From Octopus sinensis (Eukaryota), in NCBI RefSeq assembly GCF_006345805.1, contig NC_043002.1:77438001-77502000 (forward strand): 64,000 nucleotides of DNA. Reading direction: 5' to 3'. Position 1 is the stretch's first letter, and the number at the start of each line of letters is the position of its first letter. A program made the translations under genes and the position numbers. The notes beneath the pieces were generated by a model, which saw only the letters and a list, made by a program, of their open reading frames with translations, ran no database searches and was not told the origin of the DNA. Below are positions 13,545 to 28,683 of this stretch, in pieces.

Positions 13545-13592
<48 letters not shown>

Positions 13593-14103
13593 ACATCATC
13601 GTTTAAGCGGACGCTAAACGATGATGATGGTGATATATAGATAAACTAGCAGAGATACTAGAGATACAAACGTGTGTGTGTATGTATATATATATATAAT
13701 ATATATATATATATACATACATGTACGTATATATATATATATATATACATATATATACATACATGTACGTATATATATCTATATATATATATATATACAT
13801 ACATATATATATCTATATATATATATATATATATATACATACATATATATATTATATATCTATATATATATAATATATACATACATATATATATATATAT
13901 CTATATACATATGCATACATATATATATATATACATATTGGCGTTAGGAAGGGCATCCAGCCGTAGAAACACTGCCAGACCTGACTGGGCTTGACGAAAC
14001 CTTCCAGCTTCACAGACCCCAGTTGAACCGTCCAACCCATGCTAGCATGGAAAGCGGACGCTAAATGATGATGATGATATATATATATATCTATATACAT
14101 ATG

Positions 14104-14134
<31 letters not shown>

Positions 14135-14173
14135 ATATACATATATATATATATATGCATATAATATATATGC

Positions 14174-14205
<32 letters not shown>

Positions 14206-14291
14206 TATGCATATACATATAATGCATATACATATATATGCATAACAATATATGCATATATTATATATGTATATACATATATATGCATATA

Positions 14292-14343
<52 letters not shown>

Positions 14344-16591
14344 GTATATATATAATATATTATATATATATATATATATACATATATACATATATATATA
14401 CATATATATATAAACATATATATACATTATCATCATCATCATCTTTTAACGTCCGCTTTCCATGCTAGCATGGGTTGGACAATTTGACTGAGGACTGGCA
14501 AACCAGATGGCTGCACCAGGTTCCAATCTGATCTGGCATACATATATATATATACATATATATACACACATATATATACATATATATACACACACATATA
14601 TACATATATATTTACATATATATACACACACATATATACATATATATTTACATATATATACACACACATATATATACATATATATTTACATATATATACA
14701 CACACATATATATACATATATATATACATATATATATACATACACACACACATATATATATACACACACACATATATATATACACATATATATGCACATA
14801 TACATATACACATATACATACACATATATATGCACATATATATACACATATATATATACACATTATATATATATACATACACATGTATATATACACACTA
14901 TTATACATATATATATATTACACATATATAGATACATATATATATATACATATATACATACATATATATATACATATATACATACATATATATATAATAT
15001 CTACATACATATATAATATATACATCTTACATACATATATATATATATATATACATATATACATACATATATACATACTATAACATTATTATATATACAT
15101 ATTTATTACATATATACATATCTATACATACATATATATACCATATATATATACATATCTACATACAATATACATACATACTAATACATCTATATATACA
15201 TATATACTACATATATACATAATACATAATACATAATACATAGTACATACATATATACATACATTACATACATATATACAGACATACATACATACATACA
15301 TACTATACATACCATATATACATACATATATAATATACATAATACATACATACATACTAAATACAACCATACATACATACAAACATTTATAACATAGTAC
15401 AACATACTTACATATACATAATATACATATATATACATATAATACATATATACAATATATATACATATATAACATATATATATAATATACATATATACAT
15501 ATATATATACAATATAACATATATATACATACATATATACATACATATATATATACATATATATATATACATACATCTATATATATATACATTATATATA
15601 TATATATACATACATATATATATATCACACATATATAACATACACCCATATATATATACATATATATATACAAATATACATACATATATACATACATATA
15701 TATATACATATATACATACATATATACATAATACTATATATTATACATATATAAATATATATACATATATATATATATACATACATATATATATATATAC
15801 ATACATATATATATTACTATACATACATATATATATATAATACATACATTATAATATACATACATACATATATATATACATACATTATATATATACATAA
15901 TATATATATACATACATACATATATATATACATACATACATATATATATACATACATATATATATACATACATATATATATACATACATACATACATATA
16001 GACATACATACATACATATTACATACATACATATAACATATATACATACATACATATATACATACATTATATATATATATATAACATATATAATATATAT
16101 ACATATATATATACATATATACATACATATATATATACATATATACATACATACATATATACATACATATATACATACATATATACATAATATATACATT
16201 ACATATATACATACATATATAACATTACATATACATATATACAATTATATATACTATATATATACATATCTATATACATATATTATAAATTATATATATA
16301 CATATATATATATACATATATATATACATATATACATACATATATACATACATATATACATATATATACCATACTATATACATATATATAAACATATAAT
16401 ATACATACATATATATATATTATATAATACATATATATACATACATATATATATATATATATATTACATATATATACATATTATATATACATATATATAA
16501 TATATTATTATATATATATATACATATATATACATATATATATAATACATATATATAAATATATATATATATATATAATATATATATATAC

Positions 16592-16624
<33 letters not shown>

Positions 16625-16635
16625 CATATATATAC

Positions 16636-16670
<35 letters not shown>

Positions 16671-16705
16671 CATATAATATTATATATACATATATATATA
16701 TATAC
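13545..16705. repeat. ~3.2-kb compound (TA)n/(TATACA)n microsatellite with embedded repeat fragments
   Basis: Directly visible low-complexity sequence. Confidence 0.97.
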
Positions 16706-18704
16706 ACCGCCACCATACCCCATCATTTTGAAGGCTGTGGTTTTAAAAAAATGGAGAAAATCCCCAAAAAAATTTTCCCCACAAATTTCTTTATAATCGT
16801 AATCTATGCTGTTTGAAAGGGATTTGTATAAATTTTCATCATAAGATACCCATCTTCCTGAGAGTCATGACAGAAAAATGTCAGATCGTATGAATTTTCC
16901 GAAACTCCTCTCTCCACCTCCTCACAAAAACTCTTTCCCATAAATCCCTATATACTCTGAAGCCACAACATCTGAGTGGTATTTGTAAAATATTTTGTTA
17001 AAAAAATATCCATTTATCTGGATGTTATGAGGCAACAAATCTGGGGGCATATACATCTGTAGTAATGTCCTTTTATTTACACAATTTTTTTCATTTCAAG
17101 TTTATTTCATTCATTGTTTGCAATGTACTCTTTCTTTCACACACTCACTGCAAAGCTTACTGATGGGCTGCTGAACTGAAATCTCTATGTTGCTTTGAGG
17201 GGAAGGTAAAACTTGACAAACTACTTCTCCCTCTGTTGTTGGACTACCGTGATGTTTGTTTAAAAGAGAGAGATTATGACTGTGATAAGATAATGAAAGC
17301 AATATTTACAAAGCAAGTGATCACTATTATACAAAGAAATAATTAGACATAAACTATAAAAATTATTAGAATTGGGAATTAAATATGAAAATATTATCAA
17401 GGGGCTAGCAGAAAAGTATGTGGAGAGCAGTCTCTCTGCTAGTATATATATATGAAGATTGGGAATGACTTCAAAGTTTCTCTTAATGAGGTTTATCAAA
17501 CTGTTTGAAAGTCACTGTCAATCTTCAAAAAATAAGTTTTATTCTACTTAACATATTCAAGTCATTATTCAGTTGTCTTAGATTTTTAGATACAACTAAA
17601 AATATCCATATCAACATGTGTGTGCGTGTCTGTATGGATACATACATATATGCAAATATATGTATGTATGTACGTACGTATATATGTATGTATGTATATA
17701 TATATATATATAAATATATATATATGTATGTATCTATGTATGAATATCAATGTTTATTTTATGTTAAGTTATAATAAAACAATTTTACGTTAAACTGTAG
17801 GATTACTCAATACTTTTTTGTGGAGTACAAATTTATTATTATACATATATCTGTATCTATATGTAAATACACACACACACTCATATATATTTGCTCTTGT
17901 ACCAACATATAGTAAACACTCGAAATATCTATTTACCAATCTACTCACTTTTCCGTCTATCTTGTTCTTCAGTTTTTTTTTGTGTTTTTTTTTTGCTTTG
18001 GTTTTTTTTTTAAATTTAATGACAAAATGTAATCAATATTTTCCTTCAGAACAACAACTTAGCCATCGATCAAATTACATCAACATATTACATCAGAGAA
18101 ATGAAGTTAGAGCAGAGAGTAAAATATTAGCTAAATGCTTTATATTAGAACGAGAGTTATGTGTGGGCTAATATATTTAATGCATCAAAAGAGAATTTTT
18201 AACCAACTGAATTTACCATCCCCTTACCACCACCCTTCCTTACTGCTAACCATCATTCTCACATTACTTCATCCCCTCAGTCCATAACTCCCACTCTCTT
18301 ACCTGTCTGTATTATCTTCATTCATTCATTCACCACCAGCCATATTACAGTGTATGTTTGATGTATTTTATCATGGCACATGCCCAGCAAGATTGAAGTG
18401 TCCTTTCTGTCCTATATGGTCTCTGCTCAACAACCAGATTACAGAGTATACTGGGTGTGATTATATGATGAAGACCACCATCACAACTGACAACAATTGT
18501 ACCTCAGTAAAATTATCTTTTTGCAACTCTTTCTTACAATGCTCTCTCTCTCTCTCTCTCTCTCTCGCTTGCCATGTTTTCCTTTCCAATATTTCTCCTT
18601 CTGTAAAACTATCTCCTTGTTCTCATGCTTTTTCTCCCAATATCATGTCACTCATGTTGCTCCTATTCAATCTGCTTACCAACAATCCTCCACAAAGTTG
18701 TTAA

Positions 18705-18749
<45 letters not shown>

Positions 18750-19748
18750 CTCTCTCTTCTTTTACTGTTCTCTTTATCATCCTTTCACTCTTCTCCTCTT
18801 TCATCTGCCAGACACAAGACAACCCACAAATGCTAATGAACCAAAGTAGGGTAGAGAAGACACTTTAGTCTTGTCAAAGACATGATAACCTCTCTTGTGT
18901 TGCTGCCACCATAAAACACTTTTCCCCTTAATATTGTGTAATGTAGGTGAATGAATGGAGTTAATATAGGGCTGAGAAAACATTTTAGTCTTGTAGAGTC
19001 CTGTGCCCAGGTAAAATGCATCTAGGACATTCTAAAAGAGTGACAATAATAAAGGTAGTCAAGCATAGAAAAATGCCATAAACAGAACAAATAAGTGAGA
19101 TGGTGATCCCAACCCATCTTGGAGAGCAGTAACTCCAAATAAGAACTGATCTGGTCCATGATGATCCGGTCAATCCATGCCAATATGAAGAAATGGTTGT
19201 AAAAAAAGATGATAATAATGAGTGGTGATGATGATGATGGCAGCAGTCACGGTTGTGGTGGTGGTAGTGACGATGATGACAGCAGTCAATGGTTGTGGTG
19301 GTGAGGAAGAGGAATTTTCATCTGTCATGAAGACTGACTCACGACTATCAATGAATATTCTTGTCAAGAATGGCAAGGGAAAGAACTCTAAAATTTAGAT
19401 TCCTTTATTTAAAACAAAAATATGATATTCCCTGATTTGTTCTAATATACTTTTCATTTCAAATAGTACTGGGACTAGTACAGGGTTTCTTGAGTGATCC
19501 ATCAAGAAGCTAGTACAGCACTGTAGAATCTAAGAATTCCATAACCTACAGCAACAAACAAAAATACACACTCTAAAAAATGTGGGCCAAAAGTACAGTG
19601 TGAAATGGACGGACAAGAGTATTTTTAATTACATAGAGTGCTGAACAAAAGCCAATGGCACAATAAAATGCACTCAGTCTGCTCTATAACCAATTGGTGA
19701 AAGGAAGGTCATCCATTTATATAAATCATACAAAAAAACTTTAGCTAG

Positions 19749-19881
19749 GATTTCCTCTGTTGCTGCATGTACCAGATGATGGAGAATTGTGGACGAGTGA
19801 TGAAATGCTGCCAGACCCATCCAAGGACTTGTGGAAGCTCCAGAGAAAATACTTGCTGGGAAAGAATATGATTAAAATTCT
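19749..19881 (+). CDS. Candidate coding exon of an unknown plus-strand gene (FPLLLHVPDDGELWTSDEMLPDPSKDLWKLQRKYLLGKNMIKI)
   Basis: One open frame ending at a CT|GTAAGT donor; acceptor has a weak polypyrimidine tract; product not recognised. Confidence 0.3.
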
Positions 19882-20330
19882 GTAAGTGCTCTCATCTGGT
19901 ACGTATGTCTCCTGAAACATTTCGATGCTAATTAACTAAGATAATAAAAACTGAAATAATTTGAGTTTCACAAAAAGATTTTCTTTGTTGGAAAGTCCTT
20001 CTACATTTTTCCTTTGTAACTGAATAATGATCTAAAGGAATGAGTCATAAATCAAATTTGTAGGACACACACACACACACACACCAGGCAGACAGAACCA
20101 TAAACCCACTGAAAACAAAAAAAAAAGGAGAGTCAAACAGACATAACATATAACTCTAGAGTTAGAAAACAGGCAGATAAAGAAACAACACACACAGACA
20201 TAGATGAACACAAATGCAGGCAAACAAACACAATAGTCTCTATACAATATTTAACGTTATTGGATTTCCTCTTCTTCTGTTCATTACTTCCATACACTTT
20301 CTCTTTCTCTAAATTATCTTGTTTACTCAC

Positions 20331-20377
20331 TTTCAATTCCTTCATCTTAATCATCATTTTCATTATATCTCTGATGT
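20331..20377 (-). CDS. ODF2: Probable penultimate ODF2 exon (xIRDIMKMMIKMKELK)
   Basis: T-rich tract + AAAG acceptor and AAA|GTGAGT donor. Phase-0 join to the 5130 exon gives KELKLLFLSTFE, in register with ODF2 KELLLQKLSTFE as I recall it. Confidence 0.5.
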
Positions 20378-20889
20378 CTTTGTATTAAAAAACATTAGGA
20401 AGTAAAAAAAAAAAAGATATAAAAAATATCCTTGAGATTATTACAAGTCTTTTCAATACTTCACAACAAAAATAACATCCAAACAAAAAAATAAATAAAA
20501 ACAATTCTATTAATATTTATCGTTATAGATTTATTTTAGTGAGTATGAATTCTACAGTCAGTTAGAAAGAAGATACTGACCAATATAGGCTGGTAAGGAT
20601 ATTTGTTGTTGATGAAATTACAGAAAAATCAATATGAGGGAGAATAGCTGCCTATTGTATTATATATTTTGCACAAGAATAAAGGGAGCTGAGCATGCTA
20701 AGGTGTATTGATATAACACAATATAACAATACAATGCAAAGGAAAAACACAACCCTAGAAACTAAATGGTTTCAGACATACATAAATGTTGTATATATAC
20801 ACACATACATGGATACACACATATATATTCTGTGTGACTATATTAATACATACACACATATATGCTCAGGGCCATGTTTGTCTTGAATG

Positions 20890-22070
20890 AATGGAGACAA
20901 CATAGAGAACTTCTTAGTTGTGAAGGGAACAAGAGCTTCTCCAGAAGAACTGTAGCTCCAAATAAGAACTTATTCAGACTATGACAATCTCCATAAACAA
21001 TGATAACATGGAAAATGATCGTAAACTTGATGATATTAATGATGATGTTTCCCCTCACCTTGCTGACAAAATCTCTGTTCATGGCTTGCATTTTCATAGC
21101 TTCATCTAGTTTGTATAGCAACCACCAAACTATACAGTATGGCCTTCTTCAGGTTGGCAATTGCTAGGTAAAATGGTTGGTTTTTGGCAAAGAATTCTCT
21201 TCTCGGTGTCTCATGAGGAAGAAGACATTGATGGTGCCTCATCTTGGCAGAAACATGGATTGTATTCACTAGCATAGCTAGAGTATGTGCTGCCTGGGTG
21301 GCCCTTTAGTTTGCTGCCCCCAGACCCCACAAAAAACACATATTGCTTACAGAAGAGCCAAAAATTGGTGCCCCTTTAAAAGTGCTGCCCAGAGCGGAAC
21401 ACCCCACCCACCCCAGCTACACTAGTGACTCTATTTCATCTAAGTTAATTCCCTTTTTAATCTGCTGTGCTATAACGTTGTCCATCATATTGATGTCTCT
21501 CAATTTGCTTTTTTGCCATTGTAGCAGATGATTAAGACAATCCTTGGACATGTGTCCTCCTTGTACTACCTGATTATCTACAAGAGTGATTAATGTGTTC
21601 CCTACCATGCCAAGTATTTCGAGCATCTTAGTACTTATTCTTGTTGGTCCATCGGATCTCTCTGCTTTCTATCCTTAAATGCACATTTGTTGATATGCCT
21701 GTCAACTTCTGTAGCTAATTCTTTTGTTATCTCTATTTGTTTTAGCAACCCCTGGTCTCTCTCTCTCTCTCTCTTTCAGGAATTCTCTTTATTCAGAAAC
21801 TACTTGTAGTGACATTTCCAAGTCTCTATCTCTTTGAGATCAATAAGAGATGAGTACCTCACTACCATTGCTTACACACTCTTTGCAAACAATCTCTTGC
21901 TTCACAGACACGCAACTTTGCAATCCAGAACATTTCAGGCTTCTGATCTTCATTGCAAAACATTAGCAAACCTCTTATTTTCAGATTCTTGCTGTACTCA
22001 ATATGCTTGATGTCCAGCTTCTTTTCTAGCACAACATATTCATTGCTCTATCCTCTCTACGTTTAAACTA
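20890..22070 (-). mobile_element. Probable highly decayed LINE endonuclease region (same RTE copy?)
   Basis: Weak resemblance to APE-type endonuclease motifs; collinear with 22790-24130. Confidence 0.35.
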
Positions 22071-22789
22071 GTTAGCCAAATAACTTAATTAATTGCAAGA
22101 TTAATTGTTTGATCAGTCTAAAACTAGATAAATATATATTTAAGCATATACTAATTAATAAACTCTAAAACTAAACAACAAAAACTATAATACAATTTAG
22201 CATTTACAAAAATATAGTAAGAAATTGTCACATAAGAGCAACCATATAGAATTTCAGAAAATAAAAAAGAAACAGAAATAAAAAAAAAGATGTCAAAATA
22301 TGGAAATGAAATATAAATAAAACAATTATCTATGACAAATCTGATAGTTGTAAGAAATGACAAAAATATATTCATTAAAACTGTCATGTAATATTCATAA
22401 CAAGATTTATAGATACTTTATGATGATAATCCAGGCGATCCACACTTATGGCTGGATCTAATTTCTTTATATTATCTCAATCCATTTTTATCAGCCTCTT
22501 TCTAAAACCAGTAAAGAACATTGAAAAATGTCAATCATTTCATTCAGTATAGCAACAAAATTCCTAAAAGTATAAAACCTGCAACTGCTATAAGCCAAAC
22601 TTAAATGCACATTTGTTGACTATGAGCTTCATTTTTTTTTCCTCTCATTGCCATTCACAAAATCATCTATAATGGGCACCCTTGCTCCAAGTTTGTCACA
22701 ATATATCCAAACTAGATGTACTCTTTTATAATCTAGTTTGGATACATTATGTCAAACCATGTATCCATGCATTGTTTTAGTTATAATGT

Positions 22790-24130
22790 ATTTAATGCTT
22801 GTCATCACCATCGTCATCATTTATTAAGTACAACTAGCACTTGCGTTGGGAATACTGATGTGCATGTCAAATATCCCATTCTGTCATCATTGTCTTAACA
22901 TTACCAACAGTCACAGCAACATTGGTTTCCCTACTAGGGTCTCAATAATGATTTTGGAAGAATTCCTATTGTAAGTCCTCCCTCAGGATGGTTCCCAAAT
23001 GATGACTTGATTGATGCACAACTCTCTGTCTTTCAGACACCATCTGGCAAGCTGTAGCCATCTTCCAACTTGCTTGTTGATCAACTAATTCAGAGTGTCA
23101 TATGATTTTTGCTCATTGATAACTTTCTGCATCCAATTGATGCTGAAGGCTAAACAGGACCTCCAAGTGTAGTAGCCATTGAGAGATTAAGCCATGGACT
23201 AAGTGAAGTATGAGATGTTTTAGGAAAGCTCTTTTGACACCACCTATTTAGTATTACTGATTTGATGCTGACTTATTAGATTTCAGACATTTTTTACTGT
23301 TACTATCATTTTAATGTTTTGTTTTCTCTCTCTCTCTCTCTCTCTCTGTTTGTGTATGTGACCATCTACTTACGTTCTTATATACATGTCTCTCTCTCTC
23401 TCTCTCTCCCTCCCTCTCACTATGTGTGTATATTTCTGCCAAAACAGACTGAATGTCCAGTCAGCCATGCCAAAATCGTCAGCATCCAAACAACTATACT
23501 CGGTCGTCTCATTCTAACCCAGTGAGGATCCGGATTGTTATTATTGTGTCAATCAAAATTTAGAAATACCTACGTCTTCACTGCTCTTTGCTTATGACAA
23601 CCCATTAAAAGGTGATGATAGCATCAACCCAAGACATTCATCCTATTCTGCCTCTAGCACATTGTTTCTCATGAGAGCAAACGTGGCAGACAAGACCAAT
23701 ATAGAATAGGTGGATCCTGTGGCACTGAGAGCACTGAAAGTGACCCTGAACAACTACAGGGGGTTGGTGACGACATCTCTTCCTCTCTTCATGCAGTCTC
23801 CTGCATTTGGTTTCAAAGCGCACTACTCCAGCATCACCCATGGACCGTTATGCTTTCTGATTAACAGCCAGGTGCTCTGACCAATTGGGAAGGACATCAC
23901 ATAAAATGAAACACCACTTGAGATGATCACAAAAACAAAGTTACAGTCATCCATGAGGTGATCTCACTGAAGAGGGCCATTTTTGGAAGTCAGTTACCTG
24001 ACACTGAATCACATGGCCAACATAGTGGAGAAGACAACAAAGAATGCAGGCCTCAACCCTCAGGAGGATTTTGGTTTGAGGCACCATGTCCTTCCACATG
24101 AGACCAAGAATACTTTGGAATAATATCAAA
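22790..24130 (-). mobile_element. Decayed RTE LINE C-terminus
   Basis: ILGLMWKDMVPQTKILLR...YVGHV and FQCSQCHRIHLFYIGLVCH (RTE C-terminal Cys/His motif). Confidence 0.7.
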
Positions 24131-24756
24131 AGAACAGACAAATAAAGAATAAAGAACAAAGACAAATTTATGAGCAGTCAGTAATAAAACAGTGCATAAT
24201 CAAGATGATATATGACTAGGGAAGTTAATAAGTTCAAATAGGCACTGAGAATAATTTTGTAAATGAAAAAAGTAACTAAAAACAAAAAAAACATTTCCTT
24301 CTAAACTTTTGGAATTTTCTTCCTGCATACATGTTTTCCCCATTACTAGGTGTGCATGATTCACAGCAACAAGCAATACCAAATGCACTAACTTTACCCA
24401 TTCGAGTGCTGTCAGATTTCAGACAAACATGTTGATCACATAACTGAATGAATATTATCAAGAAAGCTTAGATATATCTGTTGGTGCAAGCTTCAAGATG
24501 GGAGATTAGCAAATTAGCTGCAGTGCAAAGGTTAATGCAAGTGTTGAGAGGTAAAACAACAAAACAAAACAAAATCAAAATCAATGGGCAAAGGCATCGG
24601 TATGTAGTTAAGAAGGTCACATGATAAACACATGAGTATTACTTCAATTCCACTGTACAGCACATTTGGTATGTACCTTCAGCTATTGTTTCTAATTCAA
24701 TTCTTTGTGAGTGAAATTTGAATAAAGAAACAGTGTAGAAGCCCCTCATACACACA

Positions 24757-24788
<32 letters not shown>

Positions 24789-25080
24789 CGTTCGGCATTA
24801 ACAGCCCTTCTTATCTTGTTTTTCCTTGTCTGTCTTTTACTACTTATATTTTGTACTGTTGTTACTGTCCCGTTTTTGTTACCATTTTTACCCCTCTGCG
24901 AAAAGATCTCAAATTTTAATTGATTTGCTTTTTGCAGGAAGGAAAGTTTCTTATCGAAGATATGTTTCGCCTTCACCTTCGAAACGTAGACTAGATGAAA
25001 CCATGGCCACTGAAGAAGGGGTTTTTTCTTTGTGTTAATTGTCCTGTACTCTATACTTTTTTTGTTGTTAAAAAAATGTC

Positions 25081-25614
25081 CAGTTCCCTGGGTTTGTGTC
25101 TATGTTTTCGTTTCTCATTGTGTTCGACGTTATTTTTGGTGTCCTGTACTCATATATGCGTGTATATATACATGTAGAGGTTGGTACGTACATATATGTA
25201 TATTATATATATGCATATGTTTTATTTATTAATATATTATATGACGAAACGCATGCATCCCTTTTAAGTAAGATTGTTCTTGATATTAACTTTGATGCGC
25301 ACTCTTAACCTTTCTGTCCCATCCCTTTCTCAGCCTTCATTCTTTGATTTCCTTTCCTCTACTTAACTTGTCTCTCCCTCTCTCTCATTCTTCACTCTCT
25401 CTCTCTCCCTCCCTCATTCTTCATGGTTTCCTCACAACCATTCCCCTTTCTTCTCTCCAGTTCCCTGGGTTTGTGTCTATGTTTTCGTTTCTCATTGTGT
25501 TCGACATTTTTTTTGGTGTCCTGTACTCATATATGCGTGTATATATACATGTAGAGGTTGGTACGTACATATATGTATATATATATATATGCATATGTTT
25601 TATTTATTAATATA
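25081..25614 (+). repeat. Direct duplication of ~155 bp (25081-25236 and 25458-25614)
   Basis: cagttccctgggtttgtgtctatg...gcatatgttttatttattaatat occurs twice. Confidence 0.9.
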
Positions 25615-26585
25615 TATATATATATATATATAAACATATTATTGCGGCGTTACGTGCACCCCCCCGTTTGTTTGTCCAATTTTAAACCCTGCACGACTTC
25701 TATACACACTGTCTTTTACTACCCGCCATTGCTTCTTCACCAAACTTTTTGGCGCCCTCCGATTCTTCCCCTCTCTTCCTCCCCTCTTCCTCCCATCCTC
25801 CTTAATCCCTTCTTTCTCCTTTTCTCTTGGTCACTGATTCTGTCCCCTGCCTTCCAGCCTCTTTGATTCCCTCTCTCTCTGTCTCTCTTTTTCTCTCTCT
25901 CCTGCGACCTGCTGCTTCTTAAACCATTCTGTTGGCCTTCGTATCTCGACCAACATGTGTCCCCGCTACCGAAACGGTAATTATTTCTACGCCAGCTATG
26001 TTGTTGTTGTGTTTTTGTCTCATTTGGTCTAAAGTCGTATGACAACCATCGTTATATATGTTTTGTTTATTCATTACTGTTTTCAATTTCGTTTTCGTCT
26101 CTTGTATTCACATCCGTCTTGTGCGTTCACATTCCTGTCTTCTACCAAGAATCTAATGCTTACAGCTTAGTTTTTTTCTTGGGGCTGGCCGAGTTGGAGC
26201 AAATATCAGAATTGAACAGCCGAAATTTGCTATGATGATTCGGTGTCTGACTGAAGATTGAAGGCTTCGAATGATTTGTCTGTGTTCCGTGTTCGTCCCT
26301 TCCTGTATTTCACGTTCATTATATATAAAAACATTCATTCTTATATTATTGCGGCGTTACGTGCACCCCCCCGTTTGTTTGTCCAATTTTAAACCCTGCA
26401 CGACTTCTATACACACTGTCTTTTACTACCCGCCATTGCTTCTTCACCAAACTTTTTGGCGCCCTCCGATTCTTCCCCTCTCTTCCTCCCCTCTTCCTCC
26501 CCTCTTCCTCCCATCCTCCTTAATCCCTTCTTTCTCCTTTTCTCTTGGTCACTGATTCTGTCCCCTGCCTTCCAGCCTCTTTGAT

Positions 26586-26633
<48 letters not shown>

Positions 26634-27082
26634 GCGACCTGCTGCTTCTTAAACCATTCTGTTGGCCTTCGTATCTCGACCAACATGTGTCCCCGCTACC
26701 GAAACGGTAATTATTTCTACGCCAGCTATGTTGTTGTTGTGTTTTTGTCTCATTGGTCTAAAGTCGTATGACAACCATCGTTATATATGTTTTGTTTATT
26801 CATTACTGTTTTCAATTTCGTTTTCGTCTCTTGTATTCACATCCGTCTTGTGCGTTCACATTCCTGTCTTCTACCAAGAAATCTAATGCTTACAGCTTAG
26901 TTTTTTCTTGGGGCTGGCCGAGTTGGAGCAAATATCAGAATTGAACAGCCGAAATTTGCTATGATGATTCGGTGTCTGACTGAAGATTGAAGGCTTCGAA
27001 TGATTTGTCTGTGTTCCGTGTTCGTCCCTTCCTGTATTTCACGTTCATTATATATAAAAACATTCATTCTTATATATATATA

Positions 27083-27291
27083 TATTGTTATATTTTGGAA
27101 TGGTCATTTTGCCAGTTTAGCCAATAAAAACACACGCACTATATATTTGGTGTTATTTTGCTTCAGTGTTATTTATTTTTACATTAATCTTAATCTTATA
27201 AATAACACTGAAGCAAAATAACACCAAATATATAGTGCATGTGTTTTTATTGGCTAAACTGGCAAAATGACCATTCCGAAATATAACAATA
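27083..27291. repeat. Palindromic tail after array unit 2
   Basis: ~93-bp arms tattgttata...gtgttattta / taaataacac...tataacaata. Confidence 0.9.
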
Positions 27292-27612
27292 TCTGTTTCA
27301 ACACACGACTTCACATAAAAAATCTTGCACAACAAATACATACATATATATATATATAAACATATTATTGCGGCGTTACGTGCACCCCCCCGTTTGTTTG
27401 TCCAATTTTAAACCCTGCACGACTTCTATACACACTGTCTTTTACTACCCGCCATTGCTTCTTCACCAAACTTTTTGGCGCCCTCCGATTCTTCCCCTCT
27501 CTTCCTCCCCTCTTCCTCCCATCCTCCTTAATCCCTTCTTTCTCCTTTTCTCTTGGTCACTGATTCTGTCCCCTGCCTTCCAGCCTCTTTGATTCCCTCT
27601 CTCTCTGTCTCT

Positions 27613-27657
<45 letters not shown>

Positions 27658-28348
27658 GCGACCTGCTGCTTCTTAAACCATTCTGTTGGCCTTCGTATCT
27701 CGACCAACATGTGTCCCCGCTACCGAAACGGTAATTATTTCTACGCCAGCTATGTTGTTGTTGTGTTTTTGTCTCATTTGGTCTAAAGTCGTATGACAAC
27801 CATCGTTATATATGTTTTGTTTATTCATTACTGTTTTCAATTTCGTTTTCGTCTCTTGTATTCACATCCGTCTTGTGCGTTCACATTCCTGTCTTCTACC
27901 AAGAAATCTAATGCTTACAGCTTAGTTTTTTTCTTGGGGCTGGCCGAGTTGGAGCAAATATCAGAATTGAACAGCCGAAATTTGCTATGATGATTCGGTG
28001 TCTGACTGAAGATTGAAGGCTTCGAATGATTTGTCTGTGTTCCGTGTTCGTCCCTTCCTGTATTTCACGTTCATTATATATAAAAACATTCATTCTTATA
28101 TTATTGCGGCGTTACGTGCACCCCCCCGTTTGTTTGTCCAATTTTAAACCCTGCACGACTTCTATACACACTGTCTTTTACTACCCGCCATTGCTTCTTC
28201 ACCAAACTTTTTGGCGCCCTCCGATTCTTCCCCTCTCTTCCTCCCCTCTTCCTCCCATCCTCCTTAATCCCTTCTTTCTCCTTTTCTCTTGGTCACTGAT
28301 TCTGTCCCCTGCCTTCCAGCCTCTTTGATTCCCTCTCTCTCTGTCTCT

Positions 28349-28683
<335 letters not shown>

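Noticed and set aside
13603-16726. Many 70-200 aa ORFs (YIYI/MYVC-rich), also at ~43 kb, 57.7 kb and 59-61 kb
   Set aside because: Translations of TA/CA microsatellites; no coding signal.
20843-21121. Minus-strand exon ending AAG|GTGAGG
   Set aside because: In-frame stop just upstream, no good acceptor, and it lies within a probable decayed LINE.
27083-27291. Hammerhead in the tail palindrome (CTGAAGC...GAAATATA); similar partial match in the 7588-7760 arm
   Set aside because: Core is mismatched and there is no stem I.
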